The notes below the pieces were generated by a model. The model saw only the letters and a program-made list of their open reading frames with translations. It made no database searches and was not told the DNA's origin. DNA of 64,000 nucleotides, from assembly GCA_023515725.1 (NCBI GenBank), contig JALDTO010000142.1, positions 620,001-684,000 of the forward strand. The letters run 5' to 3'. A program made the translations under genes and the position numbers. Source of the stretch: Amoeboaphelidium protococcarum X5. Its lineage: Eukaryota; Fungi; Aphelidiomycota. Below, in pieces: positions 1 through 14,106 of this stretch. Numbering within the stretch: the stretch's first letter is position 1; every line of letters starts with the position of its first letter.

Positions 1-1
1 T

Positions 2-1243
2 AGAAGAAAACCAGCCGCTAGATACAGGGCTGCCAGTAATCGCGTAATTTCTCCCGTTATTGAGAATATCATCCACCACAGTAATGAGGACGATGACGAG
101 ATATATTCAGTCGTTGTGGATGGTGGTACTTTGAATGAGATACTGATCGATGATGAGATGAGATAGATGTTCGTTAGCTTGTGCAATAAAGCTGCCACTG
201 TAGTTTGCTGTAGAGTGACGCCGTCTTAGAAAAGTGCCGTTGTTGGACTGGTGAAGGAGAAGGGATTCAAGACTCTTTCTATCGGTGATGGTGGTAATGA
301 TGTGGCGATGATTTAGAATGCTCATGTCGGTGTCGGAATAATTGGTAAAGAGGGACTGTAGGCTTCAAGAGCCGCCGATTATAGCTTCACTAGTTTCCAG
401 TTCTTGGTCAGATTAATTATCATACACGGCCGGTACTCTTATAATCGCATCGCCTATCTCGCTCTTTACTGCTTCTATAAGAGTATATTCATTGGTGCTT
501 TATAGGCATTGTATGAACTGTACTGCGGATTCAGTGGCACAAGTTTGCTTAGTACGTTTGCTCTCAGTTCGTATAATGTTCTGTTTACTGCATTTCCAAT
601 ACTCTTCTACTGTCTTGACAAAGACCTGCCTGAGAATGTGGTGCTGGAGAACCCTTCCATATACTAGGCTGCTATTGCTGGCGATAGATTCTCTGGGAAA
701 GTAATGGGAATATGGGCATTCCGAGCATTCTGTCACTCGTTTCTGACATTGGCGATCACTCTGGCAGTGTTCAGCCTGGGAATAAACGAGTCGGGCACCT
801 CGTCAAGTTCTTACCTTGCAATTGGTATGGCTGCTTATTCAGCGGGAATCCTCATCTAGACTGCCACCATGGCAATTGAGACCAACACTTTTACAGTGTA
901 CAATCACATTGCCATCTGGGGTTCTATGTTAATGTATTTCATACTTGCTTACCTCATATCTTTGGTGACCAGTTTTGAATTGCATGGCCTCATTGCTGAG
1001 TTATACTCCAATGGATCCTTTTGGTTCAGTATCATTCTGGTCGTGGTACTTAGCACACTCCCTGTCATTTGTATGAAATTGATTCGGAAAATGTTCTATC
1101 CTGTAATGTTGGATCGTCTGTAAATGGAGCTGGCTGATAAATCTTTAGATATTGAACTCACCTCTAGCAACGAACATCTACCACTAACGCGTCAATCTAG
1201 GCATGAATTAAACGTCCGAACTGTAGAATCTGATTCTGAATGA
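2..1243 (+). CDS. P4-type phospholipid-transporting ATPase (flippase), C-terminal part; 5' end outside window
   Basis: With TAR=Gln it reads VVCCRVTPSQK...[36 protein letters not shown]...HGRYSYNR...FYK, followed by the C-terminal TM helices. Ends in TGA at 1241-1243. Confidence 0.95.
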
Positions 1244-1372
1244 ATTTGATCTTATTGTCCAAGTTATTAAAAGCTAGATAAATTAGACACGTTATTATTT
1301 CGAAAATCATTACTCTTTTAAAATCTATAAAACTTTTATTTTTGTTAGAAGCAGATTATCTAATCATAGTTA

Positions 1373-2331
1373 TCAGTGGTGTTTGAGGGAACTCAGTCTA
1401 ATGTCCCGCTGCCTTAAATCTGTCGTCACTGCCTCTTTCAGCATGGTTACGGTGCGCTGAGTGTGAGTCCATACAATACCAGCATTCTGAGGATCCATCA
1501 GTGAAAATAATTCATCAACTCCGAATACAACGCCTCCTATCTTTTAAAGGAAGCAAATCTCCTGTTGTGCATTCATAGCCACCACAATCTGTGACTCACT
1601 CAAAGACTCTTCTTCGCAGGTCGGGTCGACGATGAAGACACTATGATCTCCCTTAGATTATGCAGCACTATCTGTCGCCCGTTAATAAAAACAGAGTTTG
1701 CTACACACCGGAATATGATGTAGTGACAGAGGAACAGACTGCGAGTCTCCAATACTGATCTATTCTCCTTTTACGCGAACATCAGGCCGCCTGAAATGCA
1801 GGAGAGCGGCAGTAGCAGCGAGACTCACTGCACTATCTAAATTTCCACAATTTTCAATCACCGTGATAACCAACTGAATATCCCATACAAGCGTACCAGC
1901 TAATATACACAGCGATTCCATGTCCAGACATCTAGAGCTTTTGATAACCTTTTCCAATAATCGAGATATATGCACCTCTTCATCGCGTCCGCCGTGCAGT
2001 AGATTATTACTCTCAATGGTCATATATAGCGATCCCTCATTCGGCCTCTCCTTCGCGGGCTCTATAGGTTTACAATTAACTGTCGCCAATACTCTACAAA
2101 AATTTGATAATAGGATAATACGAGTAGTATGGTCAGACAAAATAGTTGTATATCGTGACAGTCTTACCTTGTGCAATCGCGATCTCCTTCACCTTAAAAT
2201 TCCACAATCACATTGCCCAGAGCATTGAAAATTAGATTTATGCCTCTGTGCTGTAGCAACTATCTACCATCTAATCGAATTCCACTTTAAAGGGCCTCTT
2301 TTTAAAATTTGATATTGGAATTTGTTATCAT
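1373..2331 (-). CDS. RRP45: Exosome core subunit RRP45/EXOSC9 (RNase PH fold); intron 2094-2167
   Basis: MITNSNIKFLKEALQSGIRLDGR...ERPNEG...SRLLEKVIKSSRCLDMESLCILAG...ALLHFRRPDV...LHHIP...VDPTCEEE. A GTAAGA..TGTAG intron joins the frames. TGA at 1373-1375. Confidence 0.92.
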
Positions 2332-2612
2332 ATTTCTTTACTATTACAATATCGCAGATTAACAATGAGAGAATTTGCTGAAGAAATTTAGAAAAAGACG
2401 CTTGGCGTGAGAAATCGTTCAAAAAGTTCGCGACAGTAGGAGCACACCAAACAATATTAATGCGATGTGTGATGAAGACCCACATATTTGATTATTGAAA
2501 GTCAATTAGCTTTCTTAAGTAATTAATTTTATCTTGATTAACAAGAAAATATAGGGGAAAAGTATGGCTAAAACATTAGAGAAATGCACCAACCACTCAG
2601 ATATATCATTGA

Positions 2613-3272
2613 TCAAATTCTCCCCTTGGAGTGAGTAGTTCTGAAAAACATTCTGACAACAAACACCTGCAAACAGCTCATACCCACTATCAGTAAGCTC
2701 TCAAAGACTGAGAAGTAGAATATTCTAGACTCTGTGCTATCCACCGTCTCCATGTTTCTATTCTCTCTAGTGCGAATGTACTTCTAGTTACGCGTAATAT
2801 CAGCAAGAGTGGCGCCCAACTTGTACACAGTGTCCTCCATTGGGGAGAGGACGCGCTACTACTCATCGGTAACCTTCTTACCGGCACCTGAAGTTGGCAG
2901 TTCAGCTCTAAGTGAGTGCTAATCGTCTTGTACCTAGAGTTCAAAGTCTACCAGCTTTGGCGTGTAACTGCTCATGTCGTTGCTGAAACAGGCAGAATAT
3001 TCGCCCGCCTCGCTTCCGCTAAACACAAAATCACCCTGCCTCTCCTTCTGGCCGTCCACCATGACAACACCAGATGGAGTGGTCACTCTGTAATCAATAT
3101 CAAACTGGCCACCAGACTGCACGGAGAAGTAGAACGACAGCTTCCTTGGTGGAGTAGGAATGTCCACAAAGAAGCACGCATGCTCACCCGGATTGACTTG
3201 ATAAGTCAGCGTTGTTGACTGTACAGCTACCAAATACATTGACACTGCAAGAATCAGACTTTTAAACACCAT
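2613..3272 (-). CDS. p24/emp24/gp25L family cargo receptor (GOLD domain, type I membrane)
   Basis: Signal peptide, CFFVD...FSVQSGGQFDID...YSACFSN GOLD domain, coiled coil (QKYIRTRENRN), C-terminal TM helix and FF motif. TGA stop. Confidence 0.93.
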
Positions 3273-3752
3273 CTTTTACATTTTCTTTTCTTAGTTTAGA
3301 CAGTAACAAAATTCTAATGGAATATGTACGCTGTAAGATTGAGCACGTTCAAGTTCCAACAGTCTTAATATGTTCTTTTGGCGTCAACAAGGGCAGAAAT
3401 GTCAAAGAACTGTACAGTAAAGCGATCGAGGCTAGTCACAACAGGAACAGGAACGAGAAAAAATAAGAGCGAGCGAGGGAGAAGCAGTCAGACAAGAGTG
3501 CGCGTTTGGTGTAAGTACGTTATAGGAACAGGAAAGAATAAGGAGAAACAACAGCGCGCTGGCGAACGCTGACAAAATAGAGAGCGAAAGACTGACGTTG
3601 AAATTATAACTCGTAATTCAGACGGCTAGTTAGTTAGTCACCGTTTATATTGCTCATTAGCTCTATTTCGTTTCGGCCTTTAACGACTCTCAATCTACTT
3701 TATATTCTAGCTGCGACTAATACCAAAAGAATAGCTCACTGGCGAAAGAATA

Positions 3753-5432
3753 ATGCAGGCAAAGCCAAAGTTTCGTTCCAGAAAGTTGGACTACAAGAAG
3801 ACGCTGCCAATATTGACCCCAGAGGAGACTGGCGCTATTCCGGATATTGATGATGAGGTGTATAGAGCTGTTCCTCTAGTACAAACTGGTGTGGAGAAGG
3901 AAGAAGAGGAAGAACATCATCTGCAGGCGGTCATTAGTGCTAGTATGGTTACCAACTAAGGCGGTGGAGGCACTGGGCGAGGCACAGCATCAGCTGCCAT
4001 GTATATCCCCACTCCGGATGCGAGTCGATTAATTAGCTAGGAAGAGTACAAGGCCTCGTACAAGTCCACCTACAAAATGCCATCGTCGCTGATTAGATCC
4101 AGTAGGACGGTGGAAGAATGTATCCTGTCTAAACATGGTGTGCCGTCTCAGTACTGCGCCGATGATCAGGATCTAGATTTTATTTAAGAAATCAATGGTG
4201 ATGATGGAGATTTAGATGTAGAAGTACTAGAGCTTGTCATTGGAGAACTGGAAGCTGTGACAAATGAGAAGATGAGAACTCAGCGTTCTAATCAAGTTTA
4301 TGCATCTCTGGATGACTTGTCCAGTTTCTTTATATTGAATGGCTCAGTGATTTCGGAGCGGGTGAGAACTCGATATGCTTCCAAAATCTATGAATACTGG
4401 CGGTAGCGAAGAGTATAGAAGCAGGGCGCGCCAGTAATGCCTGCCATTTTGTTTGAAGAGTCACCGTGGCCATCCATCACTAATCCTACACACGCCGATG
4501 AAGATTATGATCCATTTGTTTGCTTCAGGAAGAGGACTGTCAAGTAGAGCAGAAAGACTCGGCGAACTGATGCTTAGTCCCTGTAGAAGCTGGTGAAATT
4601 ACGTCAGGATATGAAATCTGCTAGAGCGATCGCTGAAATGGTGTTGCGAAGAGAGAAGATGAAGAAGGATCAGATCATCAATGATGAACAGGTGTTCATG
4701 TCCAGACTATATATCCACAGTTATACTCATCTTCTTGGCATACATCCAGATGTAATTGAAGAGGCGCGATAGGCTCATAGAAAGGCAAGGCTTGCGTAAT
4801 CTTCTCAATAGCTGTAAGAAGCTGCACCCGGTGAAGAGCAGGAGAGGAAACGGTAAAAGGTTGCGAAAGAGTATATCATCCCGAAAGATCCCTCTAGTGC
4901 CATGATAGAATAAGGACTACAAAAGTATCATTAATCGTCGTTGCAATCTGCAGATTATGATCTCACGAATGGCATTCCTTACTCTGCCAGGATATCCATG
5001 CGCCATCCTGCTTCAAGGTACATTAACAGAGACAACACCACAGATATACCAATGTCATAGCATAGCTCATCTTAATTTGGTCATTTAAGATCTAGAGTTG
5101 GTCGCGGCGGACGGCTGATTTATGATCGCGTAATGCCTGCAAGAGTACGGTAAAGTTGTCAGTAGATGATGATTGAGAATGGCGATGGAGCAGTAGTAGA
5201 CAAGTTTGCATTTGATCATTTCGACGAGTCTTCAGATGAAGAAAGTGTCCAGCTGAGTCAGCCCGGGGAAGGTGATTTGTCAAAGCTGACACCGTTCGGC
5301 ATAGACTTGTCTCAACTGGACATCAGGAACGCCATCATGAAGCTGCGGTTAAGATTGCTGGGCGGTTCTCTTGAATTGGAAACGGCTATCAAAGACAACA
5401 AGGATAAACTGGAAGCCATGGTCTAAGATTGA
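3753..5432 (+). CDS. EPL1: Enhancer of polycomb-like protein (NuA4 subunit Epl1/EPC)
   Basis: FRSRKLDYKKTLPI, TGVEKEEEEEHHLQAVISA, IPTPDA, DPFVCFRKR, RKTRRTD, RREKMKK and RVGRGGR motifs lie in one TAR-readthrough frame. Confidence 0.92.
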
Positions 5433-5849
5433 AATATTTTGAACACTTTATAAAATACGATATGTAATGTTGCCTTTTTATCTAATCCACTAATTCCACC
5501 ATTCTTATACAGCGAGAGCTTTTTCCTAATTATCCGCGACGATACGCCACATTTGACACATCGGCACACGAAACGGAGAGCGAGAAAGGCGCGCTCGTTG
5601 ATCTATGGAGTTTCATTGTTTGACACTTCATTCAGTTGATTTCATCTCGTTTCCTGATAAAGACATCGTTCGTCCCTTTCTTTCGTTTAACAGCGATCCC
5701 TGTTAGTCTTTGTTGCAGCAGTTTGTATAGATAATTTATAGATACATTCCGTCTTTCTGGTGCTTCTATTTCTGCTGCATTGTCTGGAGTATATTGACTG
5801 CTTTTTTTGTAAATTTCTATAAAGAATTTTGAGTTTTGCCTGAGTAAAT

Positions 5850-8800
5850 ATGGCGTTCCAGTGGTAGAGTAAGACTGGACAAGCCACAACTGGTGTTGAA
5901 GATATGGTAATCTTCTTTTTGGTTGTCATTTGATCTCAAACTTAATATTATTTATATATTTATGTGTAGGTGTTGTTATCCAAGGTGACGGATAGTTAAA
6001 TAGTGGAGAATTTGTACAAGAGATATAATGCAGATTTGATTTACACCTACATTGGCCCTGTGTTGATTGCACTTAATCCGTACAAGTCTTTGAATTATTT
6101 CACTGAGAAGGAGATTGAGTTGTATCATGGCTCTGCTGCCCACGAAAATGCTCCTCATATTTATGCTGTTGCTGAGTCCATGTTCTAGCACATGTTAACT
6201 GATGAAGAGAATCAGTGTTGTATCATTAGTGGTGAGTCGGGAAGTGGGAAAACAGAGTCGTCCAAGTTGCTGATGGGCTACATTGCGGCCGTGAGTGGTA
6301 AAGGTGGTAGTCAGGTGGAGGAGACTAAGCGAATCATCTTGGAGAGTAATCCGTTGCTAGAGGCTTTCGGTAATGCAAAAACTCTGCGTAACAATAATTC
6401 ATCTCGTTTTGGCAAGTATTTTGAGATTAATTTCACTAGAGGCGGTTAGCCATTCGGTGGTAATATTAGTAATTTTCTGCTGGAGAAGTCGCGTGTGGTG
6501 AGCATCAAGCCTGGTGAGAGAAACTTTCACATATTCTACTAGCTGTTGAAGGGATCTAATCAATAGGAGAAGCAGTAGTACGCATTGGCTGCTCCAGATT
6601 ACTTTTAGTATTTAGTCCAGTCCAAAACTTATGATGTTGATCATGTTGATGATGCCGCGGATTTTGCTGAAGTCAAGACTGCGATGGGTGTCTGTGGGAT
6701 CTCGTAGTAGGAGTAGGTTGCTCTTTTGCAAATCACCGCAGGTGTCCTGCATCTGGGAAATATACAATTTTATGAGCAGGGGAATGTAGCTGTAGTCAGC
6801 GATCCTAATGCACTTCAATATCCTGCTTATCTATTGGGTATTGATGCAGAGACGCTGAGAGCCAAGTTGACAAGTAGATTGATGACCACTGGTGGTAAAT
6901 AGTCTGCACTCGATGTCACTTTGAATGTGTAGTAGGCTAATAATTCTCGTGATGCTCTAGCGAAAGCTCTTTATAGTCGTATGTTTGATTGGATCATCCA
7001 GGCTGTTAACAAGGCGATTGATAAGAATCACACCAAGGATAAAGTGTTGAGTCTTGGCGTTCTTGACATCTATGGATTTGAAATATTTGAGAAGAATGGA
7101 TTCGAGTAGTTGTGCATTAATTATGTAAATGAGAAGCTTTAGTAGGTGTTCATTGAGTTGACTTTAAAATCTGAATAGGAGGAATATGTCAAGGAGGGTA
7201 TTTAGTGGACTCCTATTGAATACTTTAACAATAAGGTGGTGGTTGATTTGATTGAAGGGAAGCGTCCGGCTGGTATCATGCCTATTCTGGATGATATATG
7301 TTTGCAACTACACGCCGTGACTGATGGAGCAGATGAGAAGTTTGTGCAAAAATTGGATACCACTATTGGTTCTCAACAGCATTATAACGGTGCTGGTAGA
7401 GTTTTCATGGTGAAGCATTATGCTGGCTCAGTGACGTACGATTGCCATGGATTTTGTGAGGCTAATAAGGACACTCTCTATCGTGATTTGATTCTATTGA
7501 TGTAGATGACCAATAACCCATTTATTAGGAATCTGTTCCCTGAGGATGTGGCCGCCGATGATAAGAAGAGACCTACCACGGCAGGATTTAAGATTAGGAA
7601 TTAGGGAAATAATCTGGTCGAGACTCTGATGAAGTGTACTCCCAGCTATGTTCGATGCATTAAACCGAACGAGAAGAAGAAGCCAAAAGACTGGGAAAGT
7701 AATCGTGTTGAGCACCAGGTTAGATATCTGAATTTGAGAGAGAACATCAATGTGCGTCGTGCCGGGTTCTGTTATAGGAATATTTATGAGAAATTCTTAA
7801 GACGATATGCCATTCTGACTCCGCAGACTTTTCCACATTGGAATGGGAATCCTGCAGATGGTGTGCAGCTAATTTTGAGATCTTCTGGCCTGGCGCAAAA
7901 TTAGTGGCAATTGGGCAGAACTAAAATTTTCATCAAGGCTCCTGAATCTCTTTTTATGCTTGAAGAGCTGCGTGAACGTCAATACGATCAGTATGCTAGA
8001 ACCATCCAACGTGCATATCGCAGATACAAGTCGCGCAAGTTTTATTTGGAGGCCAAGAAGAAGATGTTGAGTCTTTTTGTCGGCCGTAAGGAGAGACGAA
8101 GAATTACGTTGAACAGAGAGTATATTGGAGATTACCTGGACACTATCAGTAATCCTGTTATCAAGATGCTGGTTGGTAAGGCTACCATTTTGTACTGTAA
8201 TTCCGTCTTGAAGTATGACAGAAGATGGAAGCCGTACGATCGTGACTTGGTCTTGACTGATTAACATCTGTTCATCATTGGATTGGAGAAGATTGCCAGT
8301 GGACCCGAGAAGGGAAATATGCAGAAGGTGGTGAAGAGAAAGTTGCCGATTGAGAGTATTTTCGCTGTATCTGTCACTACTCTGAGTGACAATTTTGTCG
8401 TCGTTCATGTCAAGGATGAGTATGATAATGTGTTTGAAGATGTTTTTAAGACTGAACTAGTCACTGTGATGGCTGACACTTATCAAAAGAGAGTCGGTCG
8501 TCCATTACCTATTCAGTTTTAGGACACCATTCAGTATTCTGTGAAGAAGACTACCTGGGATCGTGGCGGATAGAGAACTCTGACGGCGGTATATGATCAG
8601 AAAGGTGGTGCTGTTGTTAAAGTGGTGTCTAACAGTTCTTCTTCCACCACTGTTGGAGTACCTCCTGGACTGCCTCGAGACTCCCAGCCTCAGGTCAGAA
8701 TGCAGCAGTAATAGTTCCGTTCGACTTAAGCTCAGCGTGGCCCTGCTCCATAACGTCCTGCGATGAACGTTCCTTCGTATAATGCTCCTGCTATTCCTGC

Positions 8801-9506
8801 GCCTGTAGTTAATGGTGGTGGTGGTGGCGGTATGCCTCAAATGCCGCAATAAATGAGACCTCAGCTGCCAACAAGTAGGCCTCCCGCTGTAGCTGTAGCA
8901 GCTCCAGCTTCTTAGGCTCATTATAGACCACCTGCAGGATTACACGCTCCGCCTCCGGCAAGTCTGCCTTCACGTCCACCTATGCAAATTCCATAATAAC
9001 AAGTCGGAGCTGTACGCAAGAACTCTGCTGCACAAATGGGTATGGGTGGTATAGCTATCCAGTCTCTACCTTCTCTGGCACCTCCTCAATCAGGAGCTGT
9101 CCGGCCTTCTATGCCTCCTTAGAACGCTCCATCTTTTGGAAGGCCCGCTCCTGCTAATATGAACGCGTCTTTTGGGCGTCCACCAGTTGGTAATATGGGA
9201 GCTGGAATGTAGTTGCAGAATCAGTTTTAATAGTAGCAGTAATATCAGTAACAGTAATAACTGGGCCAGTCTATGAATGGTTTAGGTATTAAGAACCGCC
9301 CTCCTCCACCTGCAGTGGCTCCTCCAAAGCCAAAGCAGATGCAGTACAAGGCACTGTATACATACTAGGCTAAAGAAGCTGATGAACTAGGATTTAATGT
9401 GGGTGATGTTATAACCATAATCAATAAGGACAATGAAGGTTGGTGGACTGGACTGGCCAATGGAAGAAAGGGATTGGTGCCTAGTAATTACGTTTCTCCA
9501 ATGTGA
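5850..9506 (+). CDS. MYO1: Class I myosin, long-tailed (motor-IQ-TH1-Pro/Gly/Gln-rich TH2-SH3), about 1197 aa; intron 5907-5969
   Basis: [20 protein letters not shown]-loop, [35 protein letters not shown] motif, TH1, Pro-rich tail and terminal SH3 (YKALYTY...WW.G...GLVPSNYV). TGA stop. Confidence 0.96.
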
Positions 9507-9723
9507 GATATGTTGTATTTGATTAAGTGATCGATGAGTGTATTGCCAATTGAATTGGTAATCTATTTTACCGTGTTATGTCTGTCCAAGTGAAGTACAA
9601 ATGGGAGATTTGTGAAAGTATTGTGAGTTTAATATATAAAACCGTCTTATATATTCAGAATTCAATATTTATCAAATCGGCGTGGTAATAAAGCAAGCAG
9701 CAAGGGAGCCATCAATCACCAAG

Positions 9724-11499
9724 TCATTAAAGCTTTACAAAGACTCCAGTGTCATTCTACGCATTAGATCCTTGTTGAGTTGCATCGTCAATATTCATCT
9801 AATCTCCATTTCCATTCTATTACAGCTACTATTGCTACTGCTAAACATCCAGGTTCTCAGCTTCATTTATATACTTGAAGCTCCTACTTAGCTACTTTCG
9901 TGTATTAGGATCCAACTGCTGGATAACTTTCTACATATTCAATCGCTCCAAGAACAGCTAATGTCTCTATCGAGCCACCTCCTACTTCTCCTTCTCAATC
10001 AACACCTCCAGCTCCTCAAACTAGTTCATTTTCAGCTCAATCTTCTTCATCTACATTTCAATTATGGCATTGGTCAGCCTCTAGATCTCTCGATCCTCAA
10101 AGTCGCCCAAAGTCTTGGCCTTCACCGCAGCGGCAGACATGGCAACAGCAGCAGCTTATTGTACTTGAGTGTGAGATGGACCTGTCCCGGCAGCAACAGC
10201 AGAATTACTATCATCCGCAGCATTAACACCACCACGCGATCGATGCTATTCCAACTCTTTCAAAGCAGCCTTGGCAGCAGAACTAGCCAATCCCGGATTA
10301 ACAGTGGATGCCAAAAAAGCCACCACGCTCATTACTGGATTATCACTCTACGAAAATGGAATATTATTAAACTGCAGCGGTCCAACATCTTTACCATTAA
10401 CTTCACCCACTTCCAAGAACTGATCTTCAATCGGTAGCTGTAGAAAGTGCAACACGCATTGCTCCTTAGTTCTAGTACCAACGTGTTCCGCAATCTTTAT
10501 CCAGTCATCATCAAACATCTCGATACCTTCCAGCAGGAGCATATTCTCCTCCTAGGACCATTCATACTCTGATCCTTTAATGACATTAGAAGTATCAATC
10601 TTCACAAACTCTCCACTGCTCATAGATGAAGGAAATCTACCTTCTAGAAAGCACAGCGGGCACAGGTTCATCTCATTATTCTTCACATTGTGGTATCTGA
10701 CAGAGGAGCAATCCACGCCGCACGTGGCACACTGATACTACTTTTACTTTTTCAATTCTTACTTTATCAGGTCCTTGCGGAGTGCCAGCGAAGGAAGAGC
10801 AATAGCCTTCTAGTTGGTGGATACATCAGCAGCTTAAATAGAATGCGACGCAACAGAGTCATCGCCAGGCTGTGCAGCAACGAGACCTTTTGGCGCATCC
10901 ACAGTGACCCTGAAATGACCAGTATAAGGTGGAGCAACCATAGATGGTCTTGATGCAGGATTCACTTGATAGTTAATGAGCCCCCACTGCTCTAGGAAGG
11001 CATGAACACGGATAATGGCGCATACATCTCCGGCGAGATTTCTCCTGCACGCAGTAACAGTCAGGTACTCGCCAGGATTCAAGCGATAAGTGTTCACCAT
11101 AAAGTCTCTGTAATCCTAGTACACAGCAGGTGTTTTGCTCTTATTACGACCGCTAAAGAACTCTGGTAAAGCTTTGCGTTCCAAATCGTGGATAGATTCA
11201 AACTGGAACCAGGATGCATAAGATGGGACGATAACTTCTTGAGTCTACTCAGCCAGGTACTGCTTGGCCAGCTGCTCCTACTCGTCGCTCTTATTACCGG
11301 ACTGCTGATGTTTATCATCATTAGCATCGATGTCCATCATGCCATCATCTCCGCTTCTATCTCCATCCTTCTCTTCATCGTGGCCATGCGAGATATTGCT
11401 GAGTTTACCATCCCTCACCGGTCCAGTCTCTGGCTTCTTCTTCTTTGGCGAGCCAATGTTTACCAGACTAAATCTTGGATCGTCTCCTTATCCGCTCAT
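9724..11499 (-). CDS. SWI/SNF-RSC subunit of the SWI3/RSC8/SMARCC family (SWIRM, ZZ, SANT, coiled coil)
   Basis: [50 protein letters not shown], CxxC ZZ finger, [23 protein letters not shown] and C-terminal leucine zipper. Confidence 0.94.
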
Positions 11500-11931
11500 T
11501 TTATTGACACTTTTTATTTACTGCTTGGAGTCTTTAGGTGGCAAGATTTTAATGATAAAAGAGTTGACGCTATTTTAGAATGTGAAGACGATGCCACTCT
11601 CTCTCTTTCAATCTGCCTGAAAGTTTTCTGATGAAGAACGTTGAAGGGGACGAACTTGCTTAGGAATGTTTTCCCGAAGAGAGAGAGAGCGTTGAGCGTT
11701 CTGTTCTGTGGCCAAAGGAGCGACGCGAGAAAGAATTCGTCGAGAGCCCGTCACGCTGAAGGAACAAAGTCGAGTAATTCACGGAAGCTTGAAAACCACT
11801 AGGTGATGGAAAGGGTAAGCGATGTCCCATTTAAAAACATCATATTTAATACATTCATAGATTTAACACGTCTCATACCAACAATTACATAAATGTACCA
11901 CAGAGTTCCTACTAGACTCTATATTCAATAA

Positions 11932-13953
11932 TCAAAAGCCTAGTCCAAGCAAGTCAGCAGATGCAGGCGGAGCGTTTTATAATGGAGGCTTTGCAGGCTA
12001 CGGTCTTTCCTGCGCAGAAGATGATGCTGCAGCTGATGAAGAAGAAACTCCTGGTGCCATAGTCTATGTATTGTTCTTTCTCTAACTACGTGCATCAGAG
12101 ACATTAAGGATACCATAGTTGGCCGGGTTGTTCTTCTTCAAACGCTGAATTAGTGCAGACTCACGCTCAGGGAACGGCGGCATTTGGTCAAAGATGGCTT
12201 ACAACAGATCCTCACGTCCGGCAATAGCCATGTACTCCAAAGATCTCTACTGCAATTCAATGTCTAGTGAATTCTCATATTACTTTAAAATATCCAGACA
12301 CTCCTTCTCGATCTCAGGGAAAATATTTACAAATTTGGCCATGGTGGTCAGAATGATATTCAAAGTCTGCGTGGTGACAACATTCAAGTGCTGATGGATA
12401 GCTCTTAGTTGATCGCGAGGCTGGCATTGAGGATAATTAGCAATCAAATCTCCATATTCACCTAGAATGTACGCACCAACCTTGATGGCGGCCTCATTAC
12501 AGGAAGGATTCTTCAACAAAGTCAACACCTACTTGGCAGCATATTCGTGCATAGAAACAGAATTTACCACAATCTGGACAATTCTGAACCACAATTCATT
12601 ACTCACTTGATTACCGGCAATCACAATCAACTGGAGCACTACATCCAAATACCACGTCGGATCTGTGGCAAACTTTTCAGTCAGCACTGCAATTTTCAAC
12701 AGCATTTCTTCGCGCATCTCATAATCAGACACACTAAGATACTACACGAGCTCATCCACAATCACCTTGGCATTAGATGAATCGCAAATAGCATACACCA
12801 AATCAAGAGCACGTCTTCTTACACTCACATCTTTATCCTTCAATGCCAACAGAATGGTTTCCTGATTCTTTCTAATTACCTGGAACGGGCCATCATAAAC
12901 TGCCAGAGGAGTCATCATTTCAAATCCAATATATCTCAAATTCGTCTCCTTTGAGCTGATATATCTGACGAGAATATTCATAGCAGAGGAAACCAGTTCA
13001 GATTCGGGATCAATATGCTGAGCCAAGAGAATAGCTTCTACCAAAACAGCATTTACAGCGTTCGTTTACTATGTATTCTTAAAAGTTTCATTAGACGTCG
13101 AGAATATCGCCTTCAGACAAGAGTTCAACTTTTCCAAGATACTCTTCTCCATTATGGAAGATGGAAACAGTCTCAGAGTGGACAGAATCTTAGCCTACAG
13201 CCATGGAGATGGTACACTATAGTACAACTAATCAGGAGTATACTCTCTATCAGCTATAATTTTGTACAGCTTCTTGACGCATTTCGGAATGGCAGGCACA
13301 AAATCATCTGGACTCTAAGAACACAGATCGTTAATCAAACAAAGAGCAGCCATATTAACACCAAAATCATAATCATCCAACAAGGCTATAATACGTTCCG
13401 CCCACTCTGAGACAGGAATAACATCCGGATGATTTCTAAATAATCTCAACAAGCAGACAGCGGCCTTCTTCTTTACAAAATTAGATTGAGACGAAGAAGC
13501 AAGACACTTGTAAACATCCTAAGTCAAGGTCTCTGCAATTTCTCTACCACCCAAATTAGCAATACCCTGCAAGCCAAGACATACATTGACCTCGTGGATG
13601 TTCTCCAAATCCTTCTTGATGGAGTTGATCACTAGTCTGACAAGGTCACTTCCTTCAGATATCAACAGAGTTACTGCGACATAACCAATCTACTTCTCGG
13701 TGTACTTGGACGAAGTTATCAAATTTACAGCCTCCACGTGACCAAACTTGATGTCATAACCAAGCAGATAGATGTACAACAGTTTACATACATACTTCTT
13801 CTTATCATAGCCAGTCAAGTTACCCTCCTTAAACTTTCCTCTAATATTGGCCAACTCCTTGTTGACTCTCTTCTCCTCCTACTCTCTCGTTCTACAAGCA
13901 CGAATATCAGCAATGAAGGTATTTAAACCCCTCATAGTGGGAGCTAAAGACAT
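11932..13953 (-). CDS. AP2A: AP-2 complex alpha-adaptin, trunk plus short hinge only (673 aa)
   Basis: [83 protein letters not shown]. Ends [11 protein letters not shown]. Confidence 0.94.
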
Positions 13954-14106
13954 GATAAATAAACACTAAATGTATTGTTATTAATTAAAGATAGGACGAT
14001 GAATGAATAGATAATAAAAGACAATGACAACAATAAAGAAGAACAAGAAGAACAAGATCCGTTTCAATATTCTGAAACGAAGAACAAAATGTGAAACGAA
14101 ATCTAC

